Positions 25,291 through 38,010 of a stretch of DNA of 64,000 bases are shown piece by piece. Source of the DNA: Camelus dromedarius. Its lineage: Eukaryota. The stretch is taken from NCBI RefSeq assembly GCF_036321535.1, contig NC_087436.1, positions 110,362,001 through 110,426,000 on the forward strand, given 5' to 3'. The notes below the pieces were generated by a model, which was not told the DNA's origin, did no database searches, and saw only the letters and a list, made by a program, of their open reading frames with translations. Made by a program: the position numbers and the translations under genes. Numbering within the stretch: the stretch's first letter is position 1; each line of letters opens with the position of its first letter.

Positions 25291-26199
25291 TTTAAACATA
25301 ATTGTAAGAAAACATGTATTCATACCTCTGTGCAGGTTTAATCATAAAACATCTGAGTTAGTTTTGCCATCTGTAAGTCAAAAACAGTAGTATCTAATTA
25401 ACCAGATTTTATAATTAACTGAGATCAAGTCTGAGAAAAAAAGCAGTGTACAATGCAGATCACAATTGTGTAAATTTCAGCCAAGATGGCAGAATGTGTT
25501 TATGGAGAAACCTGGCTTCACAGGCCTCCTCCATTGCCAACAAGTACAAAATTTCAAGAGATATTAAAAAGAAAAGAAGTTTGTGATGATAAGCATCTCA
25601 ATGAACCCTAAAAGGGAATGGAAACACACAGAGGTAAGCAAGAGCTCATGCTTAGGTTTGTGTTTGGGATCTAAAACAGGAAGAGGGTCCCAGGAGCTCC
25701 CAGCACTGGACAATGTGTGCCCTACACACACTGGACACAGGAACATAGGCTCTAGCTTGGCTCTCCAACCATCCCTGGGGGCCACCATGAAAAGTGAGGA
25801 CTGAATGGCCATTGTCATAACGAGTTCGTTGTTAAGTATAATGGAGAAATATGGTCTCACAGGATAAATCAGACCAAGTCAAAACTACATTCTGGTGCAA
25901 ATCTTTTATACTCAAGAAATGTTTTGAGCTGTCACCTTAAAATTCTATCTGAGGTAGGAAGTGAAACGCAGAATAGAGAGGAGGAGGCAACTCTTAATTT
26001 GATAGACATAAACATGAGTGTGCACAGAAAAAAGAAAAGGGAGATTTCCAGCCAGGGTGAGCTCCTACAGAGGTTATTGGAGGAGAAAGATTGGCCAGCA
26101 GGAATTCCAAGGATTTCATGTCCTTCAAGGCCCAGCCCAATGCAATCCCCTCTAAGCAGCCTCCTCCTTCTCCCAAGCTCCATCCTGTTCTGCTTTGAG

Positions 26200-26430
26200 T
26201 AGAACAAGACAGCACTCTAACTAGGAGAGCACTCTCTGGAGAAACCACCTAGGTTTACTGCTACTGAAGAGCCTTGGCAATGTAGCTTAAGCAGTGCCTC
26301 AGTTTCCACAGTTGTGAGATGGGCATGCAATAGTACCTACTACACAAGAGTTGTGAGGATTTCACCAGCTAATGCACGTAACTCACAGAGGACAACTGAG
26401 CCCACAGAAGGCACTCGAAAGAGAGCTGTT
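26200..26430 (+). mobile_element. MIR SINE
   Basis: gtgcctcagtttcc...aatagtacctactacacaagagttgtgaggatt. Confidence 0.75.
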
Positions 26431-27049
26431 CCTTTGACCTTGGACAGCTGTCTGGGTAATTGTGATTACCATATAGTGTTTACACATAGAATAGTATTTC
26501 TGTCAAATGTGTGTTTCTCAAGAGTAGGAACCTCTCTAATCTCTGGAGAGTAGTGGTTGGGTAAACAGGTTAGGAAGCCAGTGAAATGACTCTGGCTTGA
26601 AGTAATAAAAGACAATTACCTGTGAAAATAGAAAGACACTCTAGTGGTTTGGAAAAAGTACTCCATGAGAAGAAAGCAGATTTAACATTTTCTTTCCCAA
26701 TTCTTGCATTGATTATCTACGGCATTGGACAAGTCATTCCTCTGCTCTAAGACCCCACTCTCTCATCACCAATATGGTCATGTTGGTCTATAACATGTCA
26801 AAGATTCCTTTTAGCTCTAAGATCTTATGAAACTGTATATTATGCATCTAAATTGATGCAATCAGAGACCCCGAGGTGAGTTATGCCACTATTATTACAT
26901 AAAACCTTCTGGACATTGGATTAAAAACTAGATAATATCAAGGTCCAGAAATCTGACAGTGAACTTTAAGGAAAAGGAATATAGTCAGGTTCTGTGTTAC
27001 TATGTGGTTTATACTCAGACTTCATCAGCTCATCTTTGAAAGGTAGTGA

Positions 27050-27480
27050 AAAGGGTAGATAGAATCTGTCTTCATGGAGCTAACAATTTAGTGGTGAGAC
27101 AGGAGAAATAGAACAATAAATAATGAAATAACTGCACATTGTGATACACGCTACAAAGGAAACCAGGTACTGAAGTCAGGAATCACAGTGTCCTGGTGAG
27201 GGAGAGCTTGGGGTGGGGGGTGGTCAGGGACTTCTACTTTGAGTTGTTGACATTAAACTGAGACCTAGGCCTGGAGGATAAGGAGACCAGGGGAAGACAT
27301 TTCCAGGCAATAAAAACAACCAACACTAAAATCATAACACTAGAAAGTAGTTGGCGTGTAGGAGGACCTAAAAAGAATTCAGTGTGACTGGTAAAAAGGA
27401 GCAGGATGGAGAAAGGACAGCCTGGTGGGAGCTGTGATCTTAGAGTCCCTGGCTAAAGGCCTATCTATTATTTAGTTTCA
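27050..27480 (-). mobile_element. L2 LINE fragment
   Basis: cttcatggagctaacaatttagtggtgagacag; gacatttccaggca; tgtgactgg. Confidence 0.65.
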
Positions 27481-27509
27481 ATGATAGAAAATAAATTAAG
27501 CAAATATTA

Positions 27510-27750
27510 TAGCAAATATTAACTGAGTTCTTAGTATTTGCCAGGTGCTTTCCTAAATGCCTTTCATATGTTAATTTTTAGTCCTCACAGTAACCCTATG
27601 AGGTGGGAGCTATTATTAATCCATTTTTCAGATGAGGAAGCTGGACAACAAAAGGTTAGTTAAGTTGCTGAAGATCACACAGCCAGGATGTCTCTAACCA
27701 GATTCATTCCTAGGCAGTCTGACCACAGAGCCTGTGCTGTTAACAATTGT
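27510..27750 (-). mobile_element. MIR SINE, near full length
   Basis: tcctcacagtaaccctatgaggtggg...catttttcagatgaggaagct...aagatcacacagc. Confidence 0.85.
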
Positions 27751-28222
27751 GCGATAAGATGGTGTTCCATGACTTGGAGGTTTCAGGTGCTTGGTTTGTA
27801 TAAACTGAAAACATTCCATAAGTGATTTTGATTTCTTTTTTCCCTACCTTATGAAAAAGCAGTGCTTGACAGAATGAGGCAAATGATACATGGAGTGTTT
27901 GTGAATGCCGTGAGTACAAGTCCTTTAAAATGAAAAGTGCACCCCTTAAAAGGACAGACTAGTGAGCAAGGTGGCTGCTGATGATATTTGAAAAACTGAT
28001 TTTTTTTTTAATATATCTAATGACACATTTAGCCTATAACTGCAGACTCAGCATAAGCTTGATTGATATTATTCTGAACCAGTTCTTTTTGTTGTTTGTT
28101 TTTTGTTTTTTTTTTAGTTAAAATAGCAACCAGGTCCACAGGCAGAGATGCTGAGAGTTATTTGCACCTTAATTTTCTCACCTGAGATGAGGGAGATTAT
28201 ATATTTATGTGTAAAGACAGTT

Positions 28223-28358
28223 TAGGTAGATGGATAGGTAAATGGATAGGTAGGTAGATAGGTAGGTAGGTAGGTAGGTAGGTAGGTAGATAGATAGACA
28301 GATAGATAGATAGATAGTTGGATAGATAGATTAAATAGGTAGGTAGGTAGGTAGGTAG
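28223..28358. repeat. Compound (TAGG)n/(TAGA)n tetranucleotide microsatellite
   Basis: Read directly from the sequence. Confidence 0.97.
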
Positions 28359-28409
28359 AGGTATCATAAGAGAAGGTATCTAACGACACTGCTGTTACTG
28401 ATATGCTAA

Positions 28410-28670
28410 GGAAACAATAATGGCAATCAACATATATATTTAGTGTCTTGTGTGTCAGTTATGTTCCAAGCACTTTATATGAATTCTTTTAGTCCCTTCA
28501 GCAATTCCATGAGTTATGTGTAATTATCCCCATTTTACAAATGAAGCTGCTGAGGCACAGAGAGATTAAGTAACTCATTCAAGGTCAAAGAGTTAGTAAG
28601 GAATGCTGTCAGGATTCACGCCCACTGAATCCATCTTCAGAGTCTGTTCTCCTAACTACAACCCTATACT
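28410..28670 (-). mobile_element. MIR SINE, near full length
   Basis: ccccattttacaaatgaagctgctgaggcacagagagattaagtaactcattcaaggtc. Confidence 0.85.
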
Positions 28671-30237
28671 CTCCCTCATGCATATCTTAATTAGCCTTCC
28701 TTTACTACTGTCAGGAAAGACTCATATTCCTTTTGCTTTTCTTGCCTCACAATACACAGGATAGTAACACTGAATAATATTTCTGATAGCTGTCAAAGAG
28801 AGTAACCAATTAAAATGGAAGAAAATGTCAGTTTCTTCTTTGCAGGGGAAATCCTTAAAATAACATTTTATTTCACTTCCCTGACTTTGTATTCAAAGAG
28901 GCAGGCCAAGACATCTGGGAAGAAGTCAGCCTTTTTAAGGCATTGTAAGTTAGGTCATATCCTGTGTTCCCATAAGACTTTCTCTCTCCTGCTCCCACAG
29001 CCTTATCCAAAGCCATTAAATGAACATCTTAACAGCTTTGATGATTTACCCACACTATTGAGTTGTGTCCAGCATATCCCAGAGCAGAGTGGATGAATTT
29101 CCATAGCACATGTGTTTCCATAGGGAGAACCAAAGCCATTGGGACCCAGCTGTAACAACAGCACCTCAAGTCGACCACTTCAGGACAGTTACATCCTGAA
29201 GACTGCCATTCTTCATGATTAAACCTCTTTCTTATACTGTTAGGTAAGTGACCAGAGGGTAGGGGCTATCTCTTACTTGTTTCAGAAAATTTGTTGGTTT
29301 TTTTTTTTTTCTGTAAGAAAGATATAATTAAAGACATTGCTAAGTACCCCTCTTTTGCTTTTTGGGTCTTCTATATGAAGCTTCATATAAAAATGTATTT
29401 TTAATTGCTTAAAAATTTTTCAATTTATATCTCCCTTTGTAGAAAATCAAAACTGGTATAACCCCCTGTCTTTGCACCCTCACTTGCTTTTGGTCAGTGG
29501 GAAACTCAAGGCCAATTCTGTCTGTCATCTATTTATCTATCAAGCCTCTGTCTATTTAGACTGGTCTGGGAAAGGACTGTTTTATTAAATATCTAGTGAG
29601 TGAATGAATGAATTAAGGAATTGATACCATAGCTATAGCCTAAACTCCATTACTAAGTATCTTGAAACAATATGTCACAGATTAGTAGCAAACGAACTAA
29701 ATGGGAGAATATGGTTTTCTTGACACAAAGCCATCTGTATAGTTGGAAGGAAATGTCTATTAGGTATCAGTATTTTCCCTACAGAGAAAATCGTCATCAT
29801 CATGCAAACAAAACAGTCAAGAGAACACATCTAATCAATCATAAACTGAAATGACTTTATAACACTCTTTGGTCAAAATCCGGGCTATACCTGCGCTCCA
29901 AATACAAAACCTTCTGTGACCAACAACTGCTGAGATAGGCTGACTTCCTGTGACGCTCTCTGTAGTAAACAACTATTGGCTAACACCCTGTTCCTTGAGG
30001 AAATAGCTTCTTTCTTACTTTATTATTTGACTTGGATAGGATCCTACCCACTACCCACAGTACCCTCCACCCCTGGGCAGAAAATTTAATCTTGACTTAG
30101 CGAATCAGTTACTGGCCTCTGTGTTTGATCCAGGGATGGACAAATGAATCTTACTGAGTCATAAGAGTCTCTTAGATTATTCAGCTTGAAACTGGAGGTA
30201 AAATATCACAAACTTTAGTAGAGTGACAAACATAGTT

Positions 30238-30350
30238 TGTGTGTGTGTGAGAGAGAGAGGAGGAGAAGGAGGAGGAGTGAGGGAGGGGAAAGGGAGGGGG
30301 AGGGGAAAGGGAGGAGGAAGGGAGGGAGAGGGGAGGGGGGAGGAGATGAT
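30238..30350. repeat. (GT)n-(GA)n followed by a G-rich polypurine tract
   Basis: Read directly from the sequence. Confidence 0.9.
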
Positions 30351-30602
30351 GATGATAAAGAAGAACAAGGAGGAGGTGGAAGGAGACCTAAAGACCTCAC
30401 TTGAATCATTGTCCCTTTCAGTGCTTGAAATCAGCTTCACCTCTAGACTCAGACTGGGCTAGGGTCCCCACAATTGTAATTGCAAATGTTCTATTATATT
30501 TCCCCTAACATTCTTTCTCCAGCTATATAATAAGCTATTAAACTTCTTGCTATTCCTAGGTTAAAATTGACCTTTTCATACCTCTGCGTTCTGTACATTA
30601 CC

Positions 30603-31125
30603 CTCCATTCTAGTTAATAACTGCTGTATAAGAAATTACTCTAAAACTTGGTGGCTTAAAGCAATCCTTTATTTTGCTCATAGTTTTAAGATAATGAATT
30701 TTAGAAACGGCCTTGCTCCAAGTGGCTTCAGCTAAAGTAGCTGGGGCTAGAAGATACACTTCTCAGACCATTTCTTCATGCACATGCCTGGTGCCTTGGC
30801 ATGAGGCTTCATGGACTCTCTGATTTCTCATCCTCTGAGACTCTCCACATGGCCCAGGCTTCTCACAGCATGGGGGCCTCAAATAGGTACACTTCTGAGA
30901 TGGGTTCCAAGAGAGATCATCCTAAAAGCAAGAGCCCTAAGAGGCCTAGATGGCAGTTGTAAGGTTTTCTTAAGCTCTAGCCTCAGAAATCACACGGCAA
31001 CAGTTTACTGACCAAGAGTGAATCAAAGGGCTAGTCCGGATTCCAGTGTTGGGGACCCCACAAGGACAGGGATACGTGAGGCGAGGTTCATGAAGCCGGA
31101 GGAGATCTTTAGAAACCATCCATCA
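30603..31125 (-). mobile_element. MaLR LTR (MLT1G/H-like) inserted in an L2 remnant (about 30500-31390)
   Basis: aaattactctaaaacttggtggcttaaagcaa...tttattttgctcata...ctctccacatggcccaggcttctcacagcatgg...agcctcagaaatcacac. Confidence 0.85.
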
Positions 31126-31449
31126 TCCATTCCTGTCTGGAATGGGATATCCTCGTTGTCCTGATTACGCTTACACATCCCTGTGTTCTTAGTGTGCGTA
31201 CTAAGTCCTTTTCTCCACATGTACGTACTTCTGCCATAGCATGTGGTACGTCTCCTTGTAGTATGATTTACAAGTACACCTCTCTACTAGACTCTGAACA
31301 CATTGAGGGGATTAACAATGTCTTAATTCATCTTTATATCTGAGACCTTATCATCGCTGGTGCTCAGTAAATGTCGACCAGGTGAACAGGCATATACACA
31401 TCAACACATTTCCTTCTTAGGCTGAGAAAAATCACAATAGACGTATTCA

Positions 31450-31760
31450 AGTGGAGTTCTTGCTCCTGGAGAAATTTCTGGGTCAGGACAATGTCAGCTT
31501 GTGGACTATTTCCCCCGTGATATATTCATACATGATGTCAACTAATATCAGAATAGAACAAATTGTCTCAGCTGAAAGTAGTCAAAGCAACTAATGTCAG
31601 AGTGTTTCAAGATTCTGTCAGTTTGATGAGCCCTGTCTTTCTCACACAATTCAAGCAAACTTGTGAAGTCATACATTTATCCTGAAAGTCTGGTCCACAA
31701 AAATTTAGACCAGGGCAAAATGCAGCTGAGATTCAGTAAGAGCTAAAATTATTTTCCGTG
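31450..31760 (+). mobile_element. CR1/L3 LINE ORF2 fragment (highly diverged)
   Basis: tgtgaagtcatacattta...cacaaaaatttagaccagggcaaaatgcagctgagattcagt resembles the L3 KCKVLHL...HKYR.G block; colinear upstream similarity. Confidence 0.45.
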
Positions 31761-32149
31761 GTTTCTCTAATTTGATGTTTCATAACACCAAGTCTCCATT
31801 TGACTATAAGCTATGCACAGGATGATTCGACTAAGAGAGCCTTATATAACCTCCTGCAAAAGAGAAGATGTGAGTTTATATAACAAATATACAAAAACTT
31901 GAATGTAAGTTCAAAAAACCATGAGGGTGAGCTGGTCATTTCAAACATTACAATGGAAAATTGAATTATTCTGTCTTTCTTCTCTTTCAACTTACTTTCT
32001 GAGTTCTCTTTTTCTAAAGTTTATTTCTGTAGAGTACCCAATTTTTACAGAGAAGTCTGAAAGGATTTATAAACGGGGGCAAATATTTGTAAGTAGTGAT
32101 TATTCAGTTTAAACTTATTTGTAACTATTTTAATATGAATAATATTTTA

Positions 32150-34470
32150 AAATTTTTATTGAAATACAGTTGGCATGCAATGTTATGTTAATTTTGTATG
32201 TAAAACAAAGTGATTCAACATTTATATACATTACAAATTGATTACCAGGATAAGTCAAGTAACCTGTCACAATAAAAGTTGTTACAATACTATTAACTAT
32301 ATCCCCTACTCATACATTACATCCCTGTGAATTAATTATTTGATAACTGGAATTTTGTATCTCTTAATGCCCTTCACCTATTTTGCACAGCCCCCTTAAC
32401 CTCCCTCCCCTCTGACAACCACCAGCTTATTCTCTTATCTGTAAGTCTCTTTCAGTTTTAGTTTTTTTCCTATTGTTTTGTTTCTTAGATGGCACACATA
32501 GAAATGAAATCATATGGTATTTGTCTTTCTCTGTCTGACTTACTTCACTTCCCACAACACTCTCTAGGTCCATTAACACTGTTGCGAATCGGAAGATTTA
32601 ACTCTTTTTATGGATGAGTAATATTCTATTGTTTACATACCACATCTTTATCCATTCATATATCAATAGACACTTAGGTTGCTTCCATCTTGGCTATTGT
32701 AAATAATACTGCAATGAACATACAGGTGCATATAGTTTTTGGAATTTGTGTTTTTGTCTTCTTTGGATAAATACCGAGGAGTGGAATTGCTGGATTTTAT
32801 GGTAGCCCTATTTTCTATTTTTTGAGGAAACTCCGTACTGTTTTCCATAGTGGCTGCACCAACTTACATTCCCACCAACAATGCAAGAGAGTTCCCTTCT
32901 CTCCACACCCTCACCAATGCTTGTTTTTGTTGCTTTTTTGATTATAGCCATTCTGATAGGTGTGAAGTGACATCTCATTGTGGTTCTGATTTGCATTTCC
33001 CTGATGATTATGATGTTGAGCATTCTTTCATGTGTCAGTAGGCCATCTGTATGCTATTCTATTCAGGTCTTCTGCCAATTTTTCAGTTGGGTTGTATAAT
33101 TGTGTGTGGGGGGGTATTTAGTTTTTGGTTTTTTTTTTTATGTATAGTGAGAAAATGGTCTAGACTGTCTTTCCCCACTATATACTCTTGGCTCCTTCAT
33201 CATAAATTAATCGAACATGTAAGTGTGGGTTTACTTCAGGGCTCTCTATTCTATTCCATTGATCTACGTGTCTGTTTTTGTGCCAGAAAAAACATACAAT
33301 TTTAGTTACCAACTTTTAGTACACTTTGAAATCAGAGTGAATCAGCTTTGTCCTTCTTTCTTAAGATTGCCTTGGCTCATCAGGATTTTTTGTGGTTCCA
33401 TACAAATTTTAGGATTTATTTGCTCAGTTCTGTGAAAAATACCATTGGTATTTTGATAGACACTGAATCAAATCTGTAGATTGCTTTGAGCAGTACGGAC
33501 TTTTAACAATGTAAATTCTTCCAGTCTGTAAGCACTGTATATCTTTCCATTTGTGTTGTCTTCAATTTCTTTCATCAATGTAATATAAATTTCAGAGCAC
33601 AGGTCATTCAATTCCTTGGTTAAATATATTCCTAGGTATTTTATTCTTTTTGATGAAATTATAAATGAGATTTTTTTCTTAATTTCTCTTTCTGATAGTC
33701 CATTATTAGTGTATAGAACTACAACAGATTTATGTATATTGATTTTTTTAATCCTGCAAATTTACTGAATCCACTCATTACTGTGAATAGTTTTTTGGTG
33801 GAGTCTTCAAAGTTTTCTATATATAATATTATGTCATCTGCATAGAGTGACAGTTTTACTTCTTCCTTTCCAATTTAGATGCCCTTTATTTCTTTTCTTC
33901 ATCTGATTTCTGTGACTAGGACTTACCTATGTTGAAAAAATTGGTGGTAGTGGGCATCCTTGACTTGTTCCTTAGAAGAAATGCTCTTAGCCTTTAGCCA
34001 TTGAGTATGATGCCAGCTGTGGGTTTGTCGTGTTTGGCCTTCATTATGTGGAGGTACGTTCCTTCTGAACCCACTTTGTTGAGACTTTTGTATCATAATT
34101 AATCTTGAATTTTATCAAAGGCTTTTTCTGTATCTATTGAGATGATCATGTGATTTTTATCCTATATCATGTTATGTGGTGTATCACATGGATTTGATTT
34201 GCAGGCACTGAACCACCCTTGCATCCCTGGAAAAAAATCCCACTTAATCATTGTGTACAATCTTTTTAATGCATTGTTTAATTTGGTTACTAATATTTTG
34301 TTGAGGATTTTTACACCTGTGTTCATCAGGAATATTGGCCCGTAATTTCTCTTTTTTGTAGGGTAGTTTTCTTGTTTTGTATTAGGGTAATGCTGGCATC
34401 ATAGGTTGAGTTTGGAAGCATTCCTTCCTCTTCAATTTTTTGAAATAGTTTGATAAGGATAGGCATTAAT
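32150..34470 (-). mobile_element. Truncated L1 (ORF2 3' half plus 3' UTR) with stops, frameshifts and deletions
   Basis: ORF 32808-33023(-) [25 protein letters not shown] is the L1 ORF2 C-terminus; the RT region (tcatctgca, FADD area) is near 33835. Confidence 0.95.
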
Positions 34471-34479
34471 CACCTTGCT

Positions 34480-34850
34480 GAGTTTAATCTCAGAAGTTTT
34501 TTGCATGTATATATGATAAGAACACTTAATATGATATCTACGCTTTTAAGGTATTTTGAAGTGCACAATATTGTACTTTTAACTGTATGTCTCATGTTGT
34601 ACAGAAGTCTTATTCATCTGTATAACCAAAACTTTACATCCATTTAACAACAACTCCCCATTAAAAAAAAAGGCAAAAACAATAACACAAAGGGACTCAA
34701 GGAAACTCTGGAAAATGTTGGATGCCTCTAATGTTGATTGATGCTATGACATCATGGATATTTGTACATATACAGCCTTATTCAATGGTATACATTAATT
34801 ATGGCAGTTCTATGTGTATGAGTTATACCTCAAAAAAGCTATTTTAAAGA
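34480..34850. mobile_element. Two older L1 3' UTR fragments (minus at 34480-34660, plus at 34690-34850)
   Basis: cttattcatctgtataaccaaaactttacatccatttaacaacaactcccc (-); ttatacctcaaaaaagct (+). Confidence 0.65.
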
Positions 34851-35583
34851 AGTCAGTTAAACATTATTTTCTTTTTTTTCATTGCTCTATTTTTTATTTC
34901 TATAAAGAATAAGAAGAGACATACCTGAAGAAACAAACAATAAGATTAATGAAGGGTAAAAAACAAACAGACAAAAACAAAAAACAAAAAAAAAAATGGA
35001 ATGCTGAAATCAGTAGAAAGGACAAATCCTTTGAGAGAAACAAGGCAATAGAAAGCTTTTTTCAGGATATAACAATGGCTTGAATGAGGAGCCCACAGCT
35101 CCTTGGAAAAACATTGTCAGAGAATTTTCCTTTGAAATTCTGGTTTAACCCACCCTTAGTAATTCAACTAAGTGTTAACCTCCAGGTATAGCTCAGCAAG
35201 ATATTAGACATAAAAGATAAGGAGATGAATCCACAGCAATGTTTATAGAGAACAGTGAAAATGCAAGTAAAAAGACGCTGGAAATGCATGATGGGAAGAG
35301 TGCGCCTAATGAAGTCATTTGATAATTATTAAGATGTTCCAGTAACAAAGCAAGACAAACAGTGTAACCTATTTGGATGTTTATTAGCTTGATCCACATG
35401 GGAGGCAGGATACTGTGTGTTTCTAGACCTGTTGACTTGGAAACAACTCTACTGATGTCACTTCTCAAAGAGGAGGATGGGCACTTTCCATCAAAACCTC
35501 TCCTTGAACACTAAAAATGGATCACGTGTACCCAAAGTTTACAAGCCAGAATTTGGATCCCTGTAAAGAGTATGTCTACAGAC

Positions 35584-35906
35584 CAGGAGATACCAAACAC
35601 TGGGCCAGCAGGCGATACAGTTTTCACGACAACTGCTTAACTCTGCCTTGTAGCAAGCACGAAAGCAGCCAAAAAGAACATGTAAACAAATAGGTATGCC
35701 TGTGCTTCAACAGAAGTTTATATATAGTCATGAAATTTTTAATTTAATTTTCACATGCCACAAAATATTCTTCTATTTTTTAGCAATTTTAAAATGTGAA
35801 AAATATTCTTAGCAATTTTAAAATGTGAAAATATTCTTAACTTGCAGGCTATATAAAAATAGGTGTCAAGCTAGATTTGGTTCACGGTTTATAGTTTGCT
35901 GACCCT
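35584..35906 (-). mobile_element. hAT-Charlie MITE MER58B-like
   Basis: caactgcttaactctgccttgtagc...ttttcacatgccacaaaatattc...tagtttgctgaccct. Confidence 0.8.
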
Positions 35907-37516
35907 TATTATAAACTGACTAGTTAGTGACAGAATTAAGGGATCAATTATTTTTGTTTGTATTCATATCCGAAAGTGTCAGCTAGAGTTGTCTTATCTT
36001 GCTTTTAGATCTAATTGGCTTGGACTAGTATTCCGTAAGGTGGAAAGCCAAAGGCCACATCTCCCCTCTCTCTTCATTTTTCTTTTCTTTGTATGTGCCT
36101 TCGTCACTCTCTTTCTCACATGTGTCTCAGTCTTTACCTCTATCTCTCTGTCTATGTCCCTCTCACGCCCCCACCCAACATGTACCATCTCTTTTATCTC
36201 CACTCAACCCTCAGTTCCAATCCAGTTGTAATACAGTAAATTTAGTAATATCTTTTGATGATCTACATTTGCTTACATTTTTAAATGGTGGGAAAATTTT
36301 TTAAGGAATAGTACTTTGTGTCATATGACAATTATATTAAAAGTAAATTTCTGTGATGATGATATATAACATTTTTAGAATAAAGCTGGAAGTTACATTA
36401 TAATAAATAAGGTTATATAAGTAGTAGGAAAAAAAGGATCCTTAGAATTAGACAGTCCTGAGTTCAAGTTTAAACCCCATCAAATAATAGTATAAATAAT
36501 AGTACATAAAATCATTTCTTAAGTAACACAACTAAATTTCAAGGTAACTTTAAAACACTGCTTAAGGAGAACGGATTGAGTTCTGCTTTAACCAAATCAC
36601 TTGCCCAACATTTAAATCTGGTAAATGACACATTTGAGATTCGAACTCAAAACTTTCTCCCTCTGACAATGATATGCTGTGGTTTTCTATCAAGTCTGAC
36701 TTTTCCCCTTAGACGGGCAGTTCTGTGTAGGGTATTCCAGAAATAATCAGAATAGAGAACGATTTCCTCAAGAAGTAAAATCTTCTAAGATGAAACTGAG
36801 TCTCAAGAGCCAAAATGAGTTTTAGGAGAATCCTTACAGCTTCCCCATGCTTCAGCACTGGGAGGAAAACTGAGTACGGATGGAAAAAGTATTATGATTA
36901 TTTTGTACTTTCTTTTTTTAATCAGAGAAAGGTAACATTCATCAAACAGCTTTAGACAATGGATAGGACAGAAACTGCAATAAAAGTGAACAGACAGAGT
37001 CGTGGCTCTAAAAGTCCAGGGAACCAAGACAGTGTAGAGAGCATCTTTCAAGTTCCTGGTCAGGGGAGGCAATGCCTCTTCTTGCACACTGCCTCCTGCC
37101 CCGCAGGGGAAGAGATCCTCTTCCTCAGCACATTCTAGGATATAGTGGTAACCAGCCAGATGCCCCATAATCTAACAAAGAAAAGTCACCAATTCTTCAA
37201 AGAGAGTAAGCACTCAGGAAGTAGAAAACCATGTGGAGTGACCACAACATTGACCCAGCGAAAGAGGACAGCTGAGACAATGGATGAAAACCTGAGTAAA
37301 AATATAAGAGCACTTACAATAAAGGTATCTCCCAAGATACATTATAGAGTTAGGAAAAAAAACCATGATATTCCTATAAAGCAATTCTGTAGATTCTTGT
37401 TGAGAGCTTTATTTTTGACCTAGAAGAGCAAATAAGTAAAATACCAAAAAGCACAGAGCAAAATATAAAAACCTGAAACACTGAAGACAAAGAGGAGAAC
37501 GTTGCAGTCTAGATCT

Positions 37517-37887
37517 TGTGGCAGAAACACAGCTAGTTCACCTAGAACCTCCTTCAATTGTTCCAGCCGTGAGTCTCTTCAGGTTTGCTGAAGCTTCAGA
37601 GATCTGAGGCACACACGCCCTAGGGTTGTCCTCATCTATTGACTGAATAATACTTGGGTAAAAAAGCCTAACAATTTTGGCCAACTTTGTACAACTATGA
37701 TGGACTTTGTTCCAGAGGTTCCTGTGGAGTTGGAAGAGGCTTTGACAGGCTTTTAACATGATTCAACATCTTCTCCTACCCAATCTTGCTTTCTTTCCTT
37801 CTCTTCCAAGGGAGCTGATTCTTAACAAATAACCTGCAGGCTAAACTCCCTCTCAGTATCTACACCTAGGGGTGCCAAGCTACAACA
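37517..37887 (+). mobile_element. ERVL LTR16-like LTR
   Basis: tgtggcag start; cttctcctacccaatcttgctttc...aataacctgcaggctaaactccctctcagtatct...ccaagctacaaca end. Confidence 0.75.
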
Positions 37888-38010
37888 GTGGTTGAGAATG
37901 CTCTGAGAAAGCTGGTCTATGAGGGGTTTTGGAAACAGACGGCTTGCTGCCCACCTGGCAGTGAGGGTCCTTCCTGTGGCAGGTGGAACATCACCAGCCC
38001 CTGTTACCCA
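37888..38010 (+). mobile_element. ERVL internal leader (ERV3-16A3_I-like) abutting the LTR16
   Basis: ctgagaaagc...ggggttttgga...ctggcagtgaggg...ggcaggtggaacatcaccagcccctg. Confidence 0.6.

Noticed and set aside
28223..28358. Regular repeat array as a CRISPR-like or telomeric locus
   Set aside because: A simple TAGG/TAGA microsatellite with no spacers and no TTAGGG units.
29372..29389. Perfect 18-bp palindrome tatatgaagcttcatata
   Set aside because: Such an AT-rich palindrome is plausible by chance in 64 kb, and there is no supporting context.
30177..30462. Pro/Ser-rich and Gly/Arg/Glu-rich ORFs
   Set aside because: Translation artefacts of the polypurine tract.
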